The position numbers and the translations under genes are program-made. 60,957 nt of DNA from an uncultured Prevotella sp. (GTDB lineage: Bacteria > Bacteroidota > Bacteroidia > Bacteroidales > Bacteroidaceae). The notes beneath the pieces are model-generated. The model did not search any database. It had not been told where the DNA came from and was given only the letters and a program-made list of their open reading frames with translations. The DNA is taken from assembly GCA_963515815.1 (NCBI GenBank), contig CAUQAO010000001.1:1-60957 (forward strand). The letters run 5' to 3'. Positions within the stretch are counted from its first letter, which is position 1, and each line of letters begins with the position of its first letter. Below are positions 38,122-47,420 of the stretch, in pieces.

Positions 38122-40116
38122 ATGAAACACAAGAAAATAGAAAAAGACTTACGTTATTTAGAACTGTTGTCGCAGTCGTTTCCCACCATTGCCGACGCCA
38201 GTACCGAGATCATCAATCTGCAGGCCATCTTGCATCTGCCCAAGGGAACAGAGCATTTTCTGGCCGACATTCACGGCGAAAACGAAGCCTTTCAGCATGT
38301 ACTGAAGAATGCCTCGGGCAATATCAAGCGAAAGGTCAACGAGCTGTTCGGCAATACACTTCGCGAGAACGAGAAGCGCGACTTGTGCACACTGATTTAC
38401 TATCCCGAGCAAAAGCTCAAGATTGTCAGAACCGCAGAAAAAGACATTTACGACTGGTACCACATCACGCTGCACCAGCTGGTAAAAGTATGCCGCGACG
38501 TGTCGAGCAAATACACACGGTCGAAGGTACGCAAGGCGTTGCCGAAAGACTTCAGCTACATTATCCAGGAGCTGCTGCACGAAAGCACCGAAGAAAGCAA
38601 CAAGGTAGCCTACTACAACGGCATTATCGACACGATCGTCTCTACGGGGCGCGCCGACGATTTCATCATCGCCCTGGCCAACGTCATCCAGCGGCTCATC
38701 ATCGACCAGCTGCACATTCTCGGCGACATATACGACCGCGGTCCCGGCGCCCACATCATCATGGACACCATGGCCCGATACCACAGCTGGGACATACAGT
38801 GGGGCAATCACGACATTTTGTGGATGGGCGCCTGTGCCGGCAACAACGCCTGCATCTGCAACGTTATCCGCCTGTCGCTGCGCTACGCCAACCTTGTTAC
38901 GTTAGAAGAGGGGTACGGCATCAACCTCGTACCGCTGGCCACCTTTGCCATGGAAACCTACGGCGACGATCCGTGCGAAGAGTTCATCCCCCGACTCTCG
39001 GGCGGAGCCAAACAGGTAGACGAAAAAACACTGCGACTGACAGCTCTCATGCACAAGGCCATCGCCATTATACAGTTCAAAGAAGAAGCCCGACTGTACG
39101 AACGCCATCCGCAATGGAAAATGCAAGACCGCATACTGTTCAAGGCCATCGACTACGAACGCGGCATTATCCGCCTCGACGGACGCGAATACCCGCTGCA
39201 CGGGAACCGCTTCCCCACCATCGACCCCAAGAATCCCACGGCCATGACCGAAGAAGAACAGGCACTCATGGCAAAGCTCAACCACTCGTTCAGGGTTTGC
39301 GAAAAGCTGCAGAAGCACATCAAGCTCATGCTGCAACACGGCTGCATGTACAACGTCGTGAACGGCAATCTGCTCTTCCACGCCTCCATCCCCCTGAACG
39401 ACGACGGCACTCTGAAACAGGTCGAAATATACCCCGGCAAGCGCTACGCCGGACGCGAACTGATGCACAACACGGGCATGATGATCAGAACGGCTTTTCA
39501 GGGCGACGCCTCGACCGAAAAGCGACGATACGCCGTCGATTACTTCCTGTACCTGTGGTGCGGACCCGACAGTCCGCTGTTCGACAAGTCGAAAATGGCC
39601 ACCTTCGAACGCTATTTCATCGCCGACAAAACAACCCACCACGAAGAGAAAGGCAACTACTTTAAACTGCGCGACCGCGAGGAGATTGCCGACCGCATCA
39701 TGAACGCTTTCGACGTACACGACACCAATCGCCACATCATCAACGGTCATGTGCCGGTGCACGTGGCCAACGGCGAGAATCCCATCAAAGCCAACGGAAA
39801 GCTGATGGTGATAGACGGCGGATTCTCGCAGGCATATCACAAAGAAACCGGTATCGCAGGCTACACACTGGTTTATCACAGCCGCGGATTCCAGTTGGTT
39901 CAGCACGAACCGTTCACCAGCACCGCCGACGCCATACAGCGCGGAACCGACATCGTGAGCACCACGCAAATTGTAGAGATGAGCGCGCACCGCATGCTGG
40001 TGGCCGATACCGACAAGGGCGCAGAGCTGAAACAACAGATCGACGACCTCGAAGAACTGCTCTATGCCTACCGCCACGGCTTTTTAAAAGAGGACGACGG
40101 CCGGCAGAAGTCGTAG
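38122..40116 (+). CDS. fbp: Fructose-1,6-bisphosphatase class 3
   Basis: LPKGTEHFLADIHGE, GDIYDRG, WGNHD, INGHVP, IDGGFS. Confidence 0.95.
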   Translation: MKHKKIEKDLRYLELLSQSFPTIADASTEIINLQAILHLPKGTEHFLADIHGENEAFQHVLKNASGNIKRKVNELFGNTLRENEKRDLCTLIYYPEQKLKIVRTAEKDIYDWYHITLHQLVKVCRDVSSKYTRSKVRKALPKDFSYIIQELLHESTEESNKVAYYNGIIDTIVSTGRADDFIIALANVIQRLIIDQLHILGDIYDRGPGAHIIMDTMARYHSWDIQWGNHDILWMGACAGNNACICNVIRLSLRYANLVTLEEGYGINLVPLATFAMETYGDDPCEEFIPRLSGGAKQVDEKTLRLTALMHKAIAIIQFKEEARLYERHPQWKMQDRILFKAIDYERGIIRLDGREYPLHGNRFPTIDPKNPTAMTEEEQALMAKLNHSFRVCEKLQKHIKLMLQHGCMYNVVNGNLLFHASIPLNDDGTLKQVEIYPGKRYAGRELMHNTGMMIRTAFQGDASTEKRRYAVDYFLYLWCGPDSPLFDKSKMATFERYFIADKTTHHEEKGNYFKLRDREEIADRIMNAFDVHDTNRHIINGHVPVHVANGENPIKANGKLMVIDGGFSQAYHKETGIAGYTLVYHSRGFQLVQHEPFTSTADAIQRGTDIVSTTQIVEMSAHRMLVADTDKGAELKQQIDDLEELLYAYRHGFLKEDDGRQKS

Positions 40117-40141
40117 TACCGCTGTTCAGCGACAATACGGC

Positions 40142-40184
40142 AAAAGAAATATGCGTACAACCAGGTTGCACGCATATTTCTTTT
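40142..40184. terminator. Long hairpin, probable bidirectional terminator between fbp and nspC
   Basis: AAAAGAAATATGCGTACAACC-A-GGTTGCACGCATATTTCTTTT (21-nt arms, one mismatch). Confidence 0.75.
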
Positions 40185-40195
40185 CTGCGCGGTCT

Positions 40196-40459
40196 GTGCA
40201 AGCTGTTTGTTTTCGTCAGCGGGCTCGGCTGGCCCGTGCAAAGTGTTTGTTTTCATCAGCGGCGTCGGCGGAAGCGTGCAAGCATCTTGTTTTCGATCCG
40301 CGGCGTCGGCGGAAGCGTGCAAACTGTTTGTTTTCGATCCGCGGGCTCGGCGGAAGCGTGCAAGCATCTTGTTCTCGATCCGCGGGCTCGGCGGAAGCGT
40401 GCAAACTGTTTGTTTTCGTCCGCAGATCATGTAAGGGCCGTGCAAACTGTTTGCACGCA
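40196..40459. repeat. 40-41-bp tandem repeat array, about 6.5 units
   Basis: GTGCA unit starts at 40196, 40236, 40276, 40317, 40358, 40399, 40440; consensus GTGCAAACTGTTTGTTTTCGATCCGCGGGCTCGGCGGAAGC. Confidence 0.93.
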
Positions 40460-40551
40460 GTTTTCAGTAGAGTAAGCTGTGTATCGAAGGAGTTGTTTTT
40501 ATGGTACTCGACGAATGGGCGATGGCAAGGCCGGCGAACGGGCCTTTTCTT

Positions 40552-41721
40552 TCAGTCCATCCGATTCAGATAATCGTCGAAAGTGTAATCACGAAGAATT
40601 TCCAATTCGCCATCCCTTCGCAGTAGAGCGATCGCGGGGTGGCGAACGCCGTTGAACATGTTGGTCTTGACGGTGGTGTAATGCAACATGTCTTCAAAAA
40701 TAATGTTCTGGCCGATCTGCAGCTCGTGCTCGAACGCCCAATCGCCCATAAAGTCGCCGCTGAGGCAAGAGTTGCCCCCCAATCTGTAAACATGCCGAGA
40801 GGCAGCCGACGAGTGTTCGGGGGCGACAATCTGCGCAAATCTTACGGTAGGCCGGTACGGCATTTCCAGACAATCGGGCATGTGGCAGGTGAAACTTACG
40901 TTGAGAATGGCCGTGCGAATGCCGCGATTCTCTACGATATCGACAACTTGCGACACCAGCGAACCGGTTTGCCACGCAAATGCGCTCCCGGGCTCGAGGA
41001 TGATCTGCAAATGCGGATACTGCGCCCGAAAACGCTGAAGCGTTCCGATCAGCAATTCGACCTCGTAGTCGTGCCGGGTGATGAGATGGCCGCCACCGAA
41101 ATTGATCCACTCGATTTGCCCGAACCACGCCGAAAACTTATCCTCGATATGCGCCAAGGTTCGTTGAAAAGTGTCGGCGCCGCTCTCGCAGTGGCAATGA
41201 CAGTGGAACCCCGTTATGCCGTTCGGCAACTCTGCAGGCAGGCCGTCGGCCATTACGCCGAAACGGGTTCCGGGGGCGCAGGGATTGTATAAATCGGTTC
41301 CGACCTCCGAATACTCGGGATTGATGCGCAACCCCATCTTGATTCGCGGCTCAGCCGCCTGCACCCGCTTGGCGTATCGCTGAAACTGCGACAGCGAATT
41401 GAACGTAAGATGCGTAGAACAACGTGCCATGTCGTCGATCTCGTCGTCGGTATAAGCCGGCGAAAAGGTGTGCACGGGCGCACCGAACTTCTCGAAACCC
41501 AGTCGGGCCTCGAACAACGAACTGGCCGTCGTCGACCGAATATATTCGCGGAATATCGGGAAGGTTTTCCACAGTGCATACGCCTTGAAAGCAAGTATGA
41601 TTTCGACATCGGCCTGCTTTGCCACCCGAGCGATCAGCTGGAGATTACGTCGCAGTTTTTGCTCCTCCAAAACGTACATCGGCCGCCCGATTTCGCCAAA
41701 AGTTTCTGCATTTACCCTCAT
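40552..41721 (-). CDS. nspC: Carboxynorspermidine decarboxylase
   Basis: ILAFKA, LRINPEYS, LYNPCAPGTRFG, HMPDCLEMPY, HYTTVKTNMFNG; -7 box TACCTTTG (minus) at 41747-41754. Confidence 0.95.
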   Translation of the reverse strand: MRVNAETFGEIGRPMYVLEEQKLRRNLQLIARVAKQADVEIILAFKAYALWKTFPIFREYIRSTTASSLFEARLGFEKFGAPVHTFSPAYTDDEIDDMARCSTHLTFNSLSQFQRYAKRVQAAEPRIKMGLRINPEYSEVGTDLYNPCAPGTRFGVMADGLPAELPNGITGFHCHCHCESGADTFQRTLAHIEDKFSAWFGQIEWINFGGGHLITRHDYEVELLIGTLQRFRAQYPHLQIILEPGSAFAWQTGSLVSQVVDIVENRGIRTAILNVSFTCHMPDCLEMPYRPTVRFAQIVAPEHSSAASRHVYRLGGNSCLSGDFMGDWAFEHELQIGQNIIFEDMLHYTTVKTNMFNGVRHPAIALLRRDGELEILRDYTFDDYLNRMD

Positions 41722-41827
41722 CTTTCTTTCCTCGTAAAATTCGGGGCAAAGGTAGCTTTTTCTTTTCGATATGATTTGTCGAATCGATAGATTTTTCATA
41801 CATTTGCAACAGTAAAAACATTAAGCG

Positions 41828-42424
41828 ATGAAGCTCGTAATCATGACGAAACCCACATTCTTTGTGGAAGAAGACAAAATACTTGCCGCACTCTTCGATG
41901 AAGGTATGGATAACTTGCATTTACACAAACCGGGCGCTTCGCCGCTTTATTCCGAGCGTTTGCTCTCTTTGTTACCCGACGCCTATTACAAGAAAATCGC
42001 GGTTCACGAAAATTTCTATCTTAAAAACGAATACAACCTGGCCGGAATCCATCTGGAATCGCCCGGCGATGTGCCTCCCGCAGGATACAAAGGGCGCATC
42101 ACCCGGAGTTGTACCGCCATCGACCGGCTGAAAGAAGCAAAGAAAGGCGCCGATTACGTCTTCCTGAAAAATATCTTCGGCAACACCGAAGAGCAATCCC
42201 TGCCCATGCAGCAAATTGAAGATGCCGCGCGCAGAGGGCTCATCGATAAACGCGTCTACGCGCTGGGCGGCATGAGCATAGACAATATGAAGATAGCAAA
42301 AGATTACGGATTCGGAGGCATGGTTGTATGCAGCGACCTTTGGAACCGGTTCGACATCCACACCGAAGCCGATTTCAAACCGCTGATCGCCCACTTCGAA
42401 CGGCTGCGAAAAGCCATCGGCTAA
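41828..42424 (+). CDS. Thiamine phosphate synthase-like (ThiE/TenI family) protein
   Basis: LHLHKP, GIHL, SC, DYVFL, YALGG pattern; promoter TTTG (41775) - 20 nt - TACATTTG (41799-41806). Confidence 0.8.
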   Translation: MKLVIMTKPTFFVEEDKILAALFDEGMDNLHLHKPGASPLYSERLLSLLPDAYYKKIAVHENFYLKNEYNLAGIHLESPGDVPPAGYKGRITRSCTAIDRLKEAKKGADYVFLKNIFGNTEEQSLPMQQIEDAARRGLIDKRVYALGGMSIDNMKIAKDYGFGGMVVCSDLWNRFDIHTEADFKPLIAHFERLRKAIG

Positions 42425-42490
42425 AAAGCGCAAAGGCACAAACAGAACGATAAAAAACAATACTTTATAACCGTAAAATGCAATAAAGAA

Positions 42491-43429
42491 ATGAGTGAGA
42501 ACGACTCTTTTTTAGTATTCTCGGGAACAAGCACGAGATACCTTGCAGAAAAAATCTGCACAAGTCTGGGATGCCCGTTGGGAAATTTAGTGGTAACTAG
42601 GTTTTCGGACGGCGAATTCGCCGTATCGTACGAAGAATCGATCCGCGGCAAAAACGTCTTTCTGGTGCAGAGCACATTTCCGAATTCAGACAATCTGATG
42701 GAACTCCTGCTCATGATCGACGCAGCCAAACGGGCCTCGGCACGACACATCATTGCCGTTATTCCGTACTTCGGGTGGGCCCGCCAAGACCGCAAAGACA
42801 AGCCCAGAGTAAGCATCGGCGCAAAACTCGTAGCCGACTTGCTGGCAACGGCCGGCATCGACCGACTGATTACCATGGACCTGCACGCCGACCAGATTCA
42901 GGGCTTCTTCAACGTGCCCGTCGACCACCTCTACGGATCGGGCGTCATCCTGCCCTATCTGCAAACGCTCAAACTCGACGAACTGGTCATCGCATCGCCC
43001 GACGTAGGCGGATCGAAACGTGCCAACACATACGCCAAATACCTGGGCTGCCCGCTGGTGCTCTGCAACAAAACGCGCGCAAGGGCCAACGTTGTAGACA
43101 GCATGCAGATTATCGGCGACGTGAAAGACAAAAACGTCATACTGGTCGACGACATGGTCGACACCGCCGGCACCATCACCAAAGCAGCCGACGTGATGAA
43201 AGCCGCCGGAGCCATCAGCATCAGAGCCGTGGCATCGCACTGCGTGATGAGCGGACCCGCCACAGAACGCGTACAAGAATCGGCGCTCGAAGAACTCGTC
43301 TTCACCGACTCCATCCCCTACACGCAAAGATGCGCGAAAGTAAAACAACTGTCCGTAGCCGACATGTTTGCCGAAACCATCTGCCGCGTGGTAAACAACG
43401 AGAGCATCTCGTCGCAATATCTCATTTAA
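42491..43429 (+). CDS. prs: Ribose-phosphate pyrophosphokinase
   Basis: FSDGE, PYFGWARQDRK, DLHADQIQGFF, VDDMVDTAGT. Confidence 0.96.
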   Translation: MSENDSFLVFSGTSTRYLAEKICTSLGCPLGNLVVTRFSDGEFAVSYEESIRGKNVFLVQSTFPNSDNLMELLLMIDAAKRASARHIIAVIPYFGWARQDRKDKPRVSIGAKLVADLLATAGIDRLITMDLHADQIQGFFNVPVDHLYGSGVILPYLQTLKLDELVIASPDVGGSKRANTYAKYLGCPLVLCNKTRARANVVDSMQIIGDVKDKNVILVDDMVDTAGTITKAADVMKAAGAISIRAVASHCVMSGPATERVQESALEELVFTDSIPYTQRCAKVKQLSVADMFAETICRVVNNESISSQYLI

Positions 43430-43446
43430 AACAAACTTTGAAAACA

Positions 43447-43983
43447 ATGAAACAAATCCGAATCATCACCGCATTGGCCATCGCAGCCATCCTGTTCGCC
43501 GGCTGCCAATGCCGAAAAGACAAAGCGCAACCCGCCCCACAGGAAACCCCGGTACAAACTCAGGCTGAAACCATACCCGACTTCAAGCTACCGAATGCCG
43601 ACGGAACCGAAGCCTGGAGCGTCATGGACGAAGTGCGGAAACACAAAGTAACCATACTCGATTTCTGGGCAAGCTGGTGCGGCCCTTGCATACACGAAGC
43701 GCCAAACCTGGTAGCCGTCTACGAGCAATACCACGAAAAGGGACTCGGAATTGTGGGCATCTCGCTCGACGAAGACGATGCCGCCTGGAGAAATGCCATC
43801 AACCGGCTGAACATGCAATGGGCGCACGTATCCGACCTGAAAGGATGGGACAGCGAAGCCGCCCACCTGTTCGATGTGACGAGCATTCCCTATACGATCG
43901 TTGTCGACGGTAAGGGAAAGATTCTGGCAAAAGGTCTGCGGGGCGGCGAGCTGTCCGCATTCATTGCCCAAGCGCTCGACTAA
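43447..43983 (+). CDS. TlpA-family thiol-disulfide oxidoreductase lipoprotein
   Basis: MKQIRIITALAIAAILFAGC lipobox; DFWASWCGPC; cis-Pro SIP. The upstream part of ORF 42775 is a shadow of prs. Confidence 0.9.
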   Translation: MKQIRIITALAIAAILFAGCQCRKDKAQPAPQETPVQTQAETIPDFKLPNADGTEAWSVMDEVRKHKVTILDFWASWCGPCIHEAPNLVAVYEQYHEKGLGIVGISLDEDDAAWRNAINRLNMQWAHVSDLKGWDSEAAHLFDVTSIPYTIVVDGKGKILAKGLRGGELSAFIAQALD

Positions 43984-44198
43984 AACCTATGCGGCACGCA
44001 GAATAGCTTTCAGCGCACGCAACACGCTGCCAACAAAAGGGCTGTCGGCCCTACCCATCAGAAGAACGACGAATTACGTACAGATACGTAGTTCGCCGTT
44101 CTTTTTTTCCCAATCACCGGTGCGCCCTCAATCATTTTGCCTGCAGCAGCGAAATGTACCCATCTGAAGCCGGCTCTTCACCCCGTTTCCTGCCATCG

Positions 44199-44345
44199 TG
44201 TCTCGGTACAAATAGACTAAATCGCGCGTTTTGGTGCTCATGTCAGCATACAAAGCGACAAAAACAGGTATTTTCATGGCTCTGTATAGGTACAAGACAA
44301 CAAAACAATGTGTTTTTGTGCCGTTGCATTGATACGAAACAGAAA
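44199..44345. repeat. Degenerate 42-bp periodic array of TGT-N6-ACA cores
   Basis: TGTCTCGGTACA 44199, TGTCAGCATACA 44241, TGTATAGGTACA 44283, TGCATTGATACG 44325; linkers carry an A tract then a T tract. Confidence 0.7.
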
Positions 44346-44369
44346 AACGTCGGGAGAAGACGGTCGAAC

Positions 44370-44422
44370 AACAGAGAAGGCAGAAAATCGGGGGGATCAT
44401 CCGATTTTCTGCCTTCTCTGTT
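44370..44422. terminator. 22-bp perfect stem hairpin downstream of nuoN
   Basis: AACAGAGAAGGCAGAAAATCGG / CCGATTTTCTGCCTTCTCTGTT. Confidence 0.8.
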
Positions 44423-44447
44423 TCTAAATAGATCTATTTCGCTGAAA

Positions 44448-45884
44448 TCAAAAAGCTGCCGTTGATTCGATCCAATGATAAACCACAGAGCATACGCCAA
44501 AGAGAATGATGCCCGCGGTACAGAGGGCTAACGACAGCTTGGTGCTGACGCTGCTTTTGAATGTGGGCAACGCACTCTCGCTGCTCTTAATGTACATTGC
44601 TTTGACGATGAGCAGGTAGTAGTAAAGACTGATTACGGTATTGATCAAGGCGACGAATACAACGCCATAGGCCAATGCACTGCCCTGCTCGGCTGCTGCC
44701 ATGAAGACGAAGAACTTGCTGAACATGCCGGCAAACGGAGGTATGCCACCGAGAGAGAACAACGCCAGGGTCATGAGGAACGCCAACTTGGGATTGGTAG
44801 TATACAATCCGTCGTAAGCATCCATATCGGTTATACCGCTGTTATGTTCTTCTACAGCGCTGATGATGGTGAAAACAGCCATATTGGCAACGACATAAAT
44901 CAGTATGTAATACGACAAGGCGGCTACGCCCATCGACGAGTTGTCGACCACGGCCAACATGATGTATCCCGCTTGCGAAATGGAGCTGAACGCCATGAAA
45001 CGCTTGAGCTCGGTCTGGCGGATAGCGAACAAATTGGCAATGGTAATGCTCAACACAATAACGATGTAAAGCAGATACTGCCAGTACTCGACCATCGGTG
45101 CGAAGACCTTCATGAGAATGGCGCAGAGCGTGAAAGCTGCAGCTCCTTTGGAAACAACGCTCAGATAACCGGTAACGGTAGTCGGCGCTCCTTGATAGGC
45201 GTCGGCTGTCCAGAAATGGAACGGAACGAGAGAGATTTTGAACCCGAGTCCGCTGAAAAAGAAAACTAATCCCATAATGGTTAGCGGCGACGCACTGATA
45301 ACGGCGGCTACATCGTTGAAATACAAGGTTCCGACGGCGCCGTAGATAAACGAGATGCCGAAAAGCATTACGCCGCTCGAAAAAACTGCCGTGAGAATGA
45401 ACTTGGCACCGGCTTCGGCCGAATTGTGACGGTATTTGTCGAGCGCAACCAGGCAGGCCATCGGTACGGATGCCATCTCGAGTCCAAGGAAGAACAGCAA
45501 GAAGTGGTTGGCGCTGATCATCATGTTCATGCCCATGAGCGTGGATATGACGAGAACGTAAAACTCGCCTTCTTTGAAGGAGGTGTCGGGGCGTGCCATC
45601 CAGTCGCGCGACTGAATGAGCACGATGAATGTTCCCAGGGCAAGAATCGTTTTGATAACGCTCACAGCAGGAGTTGTGTAATACATTCCGCCAAAAGTCT
45701 CAGCCTCGGCTGTCGGAAAAATGTTGACGGCAATGTGGACAAGCATCAAGCCGCATATCAACGGATTGAACCATTTGCGTTCTTTGCCAACGCTAAGGAT
45801 GTCGGCGAAAAAGGCGATTACCAGCATGGCCATCAGCATGACCTCGGGTATCATATTCAAAAACTGACTGTAATCTATATTCAT
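44448..45884 (-). CDS. nuoN: NADH-quinone oxidoreductase subunit N
   Basis: [39 protein letters not shown]. Confidence 0.95.
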   Translation of the reverse strand: MNIDYSQFLNMIPEVMLMAMLVIAFFADILSVGKERKWFNPLICGLMLVHIAVNIFPTAEAETFGGMYYTTPAVSVIKTILALGTFIVLIQSRDWMARPDTSFKEGEFYVLVISTLMGMNMMISANHFLLFFLGLEMASVPMACLVALDKYRHNSAEAGAKFILTAVFSSGVMLFGISFIYGAVGTLYFNDVAAVISASPLTIMGLVFFFSGLGFKISLVPFHFWTADAYQGAPTTVTGYLSVVSKGAAAFTLCAILMKVFAPMVEYWQYLLYIVIVLSITIANLFAIRQTELKRFMAFSSISQAGYIMLAVVDNSSMGVAALSYYILIYVVANMAVFTIISAVEEHNSGITDMDAYDGLYTTNPKLAFLMTLALFSLGGIPPFAGMFSKFFVFMAAAEQGSALAYGVVFVALINTVISLYYYLLIVKAMYIKSSESALPTFKSSVSTKLSLALCTAGIILFGVCSVVYHWIESTAAF

Positions 45885-45899
45885 TTTCTTAGCATTTAT

Positions 45900-47405
45900 T
45901 TAGAGTGATGCCATGATTGAAACGGAATTGATGTGCTCGAGGATGGGACCGAGCGTGTCGCTGATGACATTGCTTACCCACAGTGGCGCAATACCGAGAC
46001 CGGCCACACAGAAGATAAGGCAGGCCACAGAGAATCGCTCGTCCCAAGTAGCATCAGTCAATGTTTCGTAATGCGGATCGGGTACCTTCTGGTAAAGTAT
46101 CTTTCCGACGACACGGAGAATATACACGGCCGTCACGACAATAGACGTGCAGGCGATGATCGTTGCTACACGATGGAATGTATCGGCATTCTGGAACGAA
46201 CCGACAAAGATGGTCATTTCAGCAACAAAGCCCGAGAAGCCGGGAAGCCCTAAGTTGGCCAAACCGGCAATGACGTAGCCAACGCCAAGAAAGGGCATGA
46301 TTTTCATCAAACCGCCTAACTGTCGTACATCGCGCGTATGAGTTCGGCCGTAAATCATTCCAATAAGAGCGAAGAACAAGGCCGTCATGAGGCCGTGAGA
46401 CAACATCTGCAGGATGGCACCCGTACAAGAGGTCTGCGTCATCATCAGCAGGGCGAATAACACCAGTCCGCAGTGAGAAACGGACGAATAGGCGTTGATA
46501 TACTTCAAATCGGTTTGAACGCAGGCGGATAAGGCTCCGTAAACAACCGAAATGGTAGTAAGGATGAGAAATATCCACGAAAGTTGGTGTGCAGCTTCGG
46601 GTAACAGGAACATCGCTATACGAAAACAGCCATATCCGCCGAGCTTCATCAATACGCCGGCGTGCAGCATCGACACGGCTGTAGGAGCCGAAGCGTGACC
46701 ATCGGGCGACCAGGTATGGAAAGGAAAGAGCGCCCCCAAAACCCCGAATCCGATAAAGACGAACGGAAAGAATACTTTCTGAACTGCAACCGGGATATTA
46801 TGCAATTGTGCTATTTCAAGTATATTCATCGTTGTAGCACCGCTGAAGAAATAAATTCCCAAAATACCGATGATCAGCAATGCCGATCCACCCATCAACA
46901 TCAAGGTGAGCTTCATCGCTGCATATTCTTTCTGCCCGCTCCCCCATACACCGATCAACAGATACATCGGAATGAGAGCTACTTCGTAAAACATGAACAT
47001 CGTAAACATATCTATGGATATGAAGAAGCCGTATACGCCGGTGCTCAATAAAGTGAACCACAGGAAATATTCTTTGGTCATGGGCTTCAGCTGCCAAGAT
47101 GCAAAAGTCCCGGTGAAAACGATAATACTCGATAGTAGCAACATCACTACCGATATTCCATCAACGCCAATGGCATAGGCAATGTTCAGAGGTTCGAACC
47201 AAGGTATGCTATAAGTGAAAAGCATTGCATCGGTGTTGCCGGCCTGACGCATTTGAATAAACGAAATTGTTAACCATACCGACAAAGCCAGCAGACAAGT
47301 AGAGCCGACAACCATCACACCACGTACCTGATTGAGATTGCGAGCAAGCCACAGGGCCAGCAGCATGAGTACGGGAATTAGTACGAATAATGTTAGTATA
47401 TTCAT
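45900..47405 (-). CDS. nuoM: NADH-quinone oxidoreductase subunit M
   Basis: GVDGIS, FYEVALIP, PFHTWSPDGH, KLGGYG, LGLPGFSGFVAE. Confidence 0.95.
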   Translation of the reverse strand: MNILTLFVLIPVLMLLALWLARNLNQVRGVMVVGSTCLLALSVWLTISFIQMRQAGNTDAMLFTYSIPWFEPLNIAYAIGVDGISVVMLLLSSIIVFTGTFASWQLKPMTKEYFLWFTLLSTGVYGFFISIDMFTMFMFYEVALIPMYLLIGVWGSGQKEYAAMKLTLMLMGGSALLIIGILGIYFFSGATTMNILEIAQLHNIPVAVQKVFFPFVFIGFGVLGALFPFHTWSPDGHASAPTAVSMLHAGVLMKLGGYGCFRIAMFLLPEAAHQLSWIFLILTTISVVYGALSACVQTDLKYINAYSSVSHCGLVLFALLMMTQTSCTGAILQMLSHGLMTALFFALIGMIYGRTHTRDVRQLGGLMKIMPFLGVGYVIAGLANLGLPGFSGFVAEMTIFVGSFQNADTFHRVATIIACTSIVVTAVYILRVVGKILYQKVPDPHYETLTDATWDERFSVACLIFCVAGLGIAPLWVSNVISDTLGPILEHINSVSIMASL

Positions 47406-47420
47406 TTTATCATTATTTCT

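Noticed and set aside
38061..40077. Long alternative-frame and antisense ORFs over fbp (534 and 391 aa) and over other GC-rich genes
   Set aside because: Shadow ORFs expected from biased codon usage; no recognisable motifs
40068..40573. Several 60-140 aa ORFs on both strands, and a CRISPR-like look
   Set aside because: They are translations of the 40-41 bp tandem repeat; there are no unique spacers
42775..43446. 402-aa ORF suggesting a long N-terminal extension of TlpA; likewise 58469 for GrpE, 57173 for the pseudouridine synthase, 54815 for NuoA
   Set aside because: The extensions overlap other genes, promoters or repeats; signal peptides, family N-termini and promoter positions support the shorter starts
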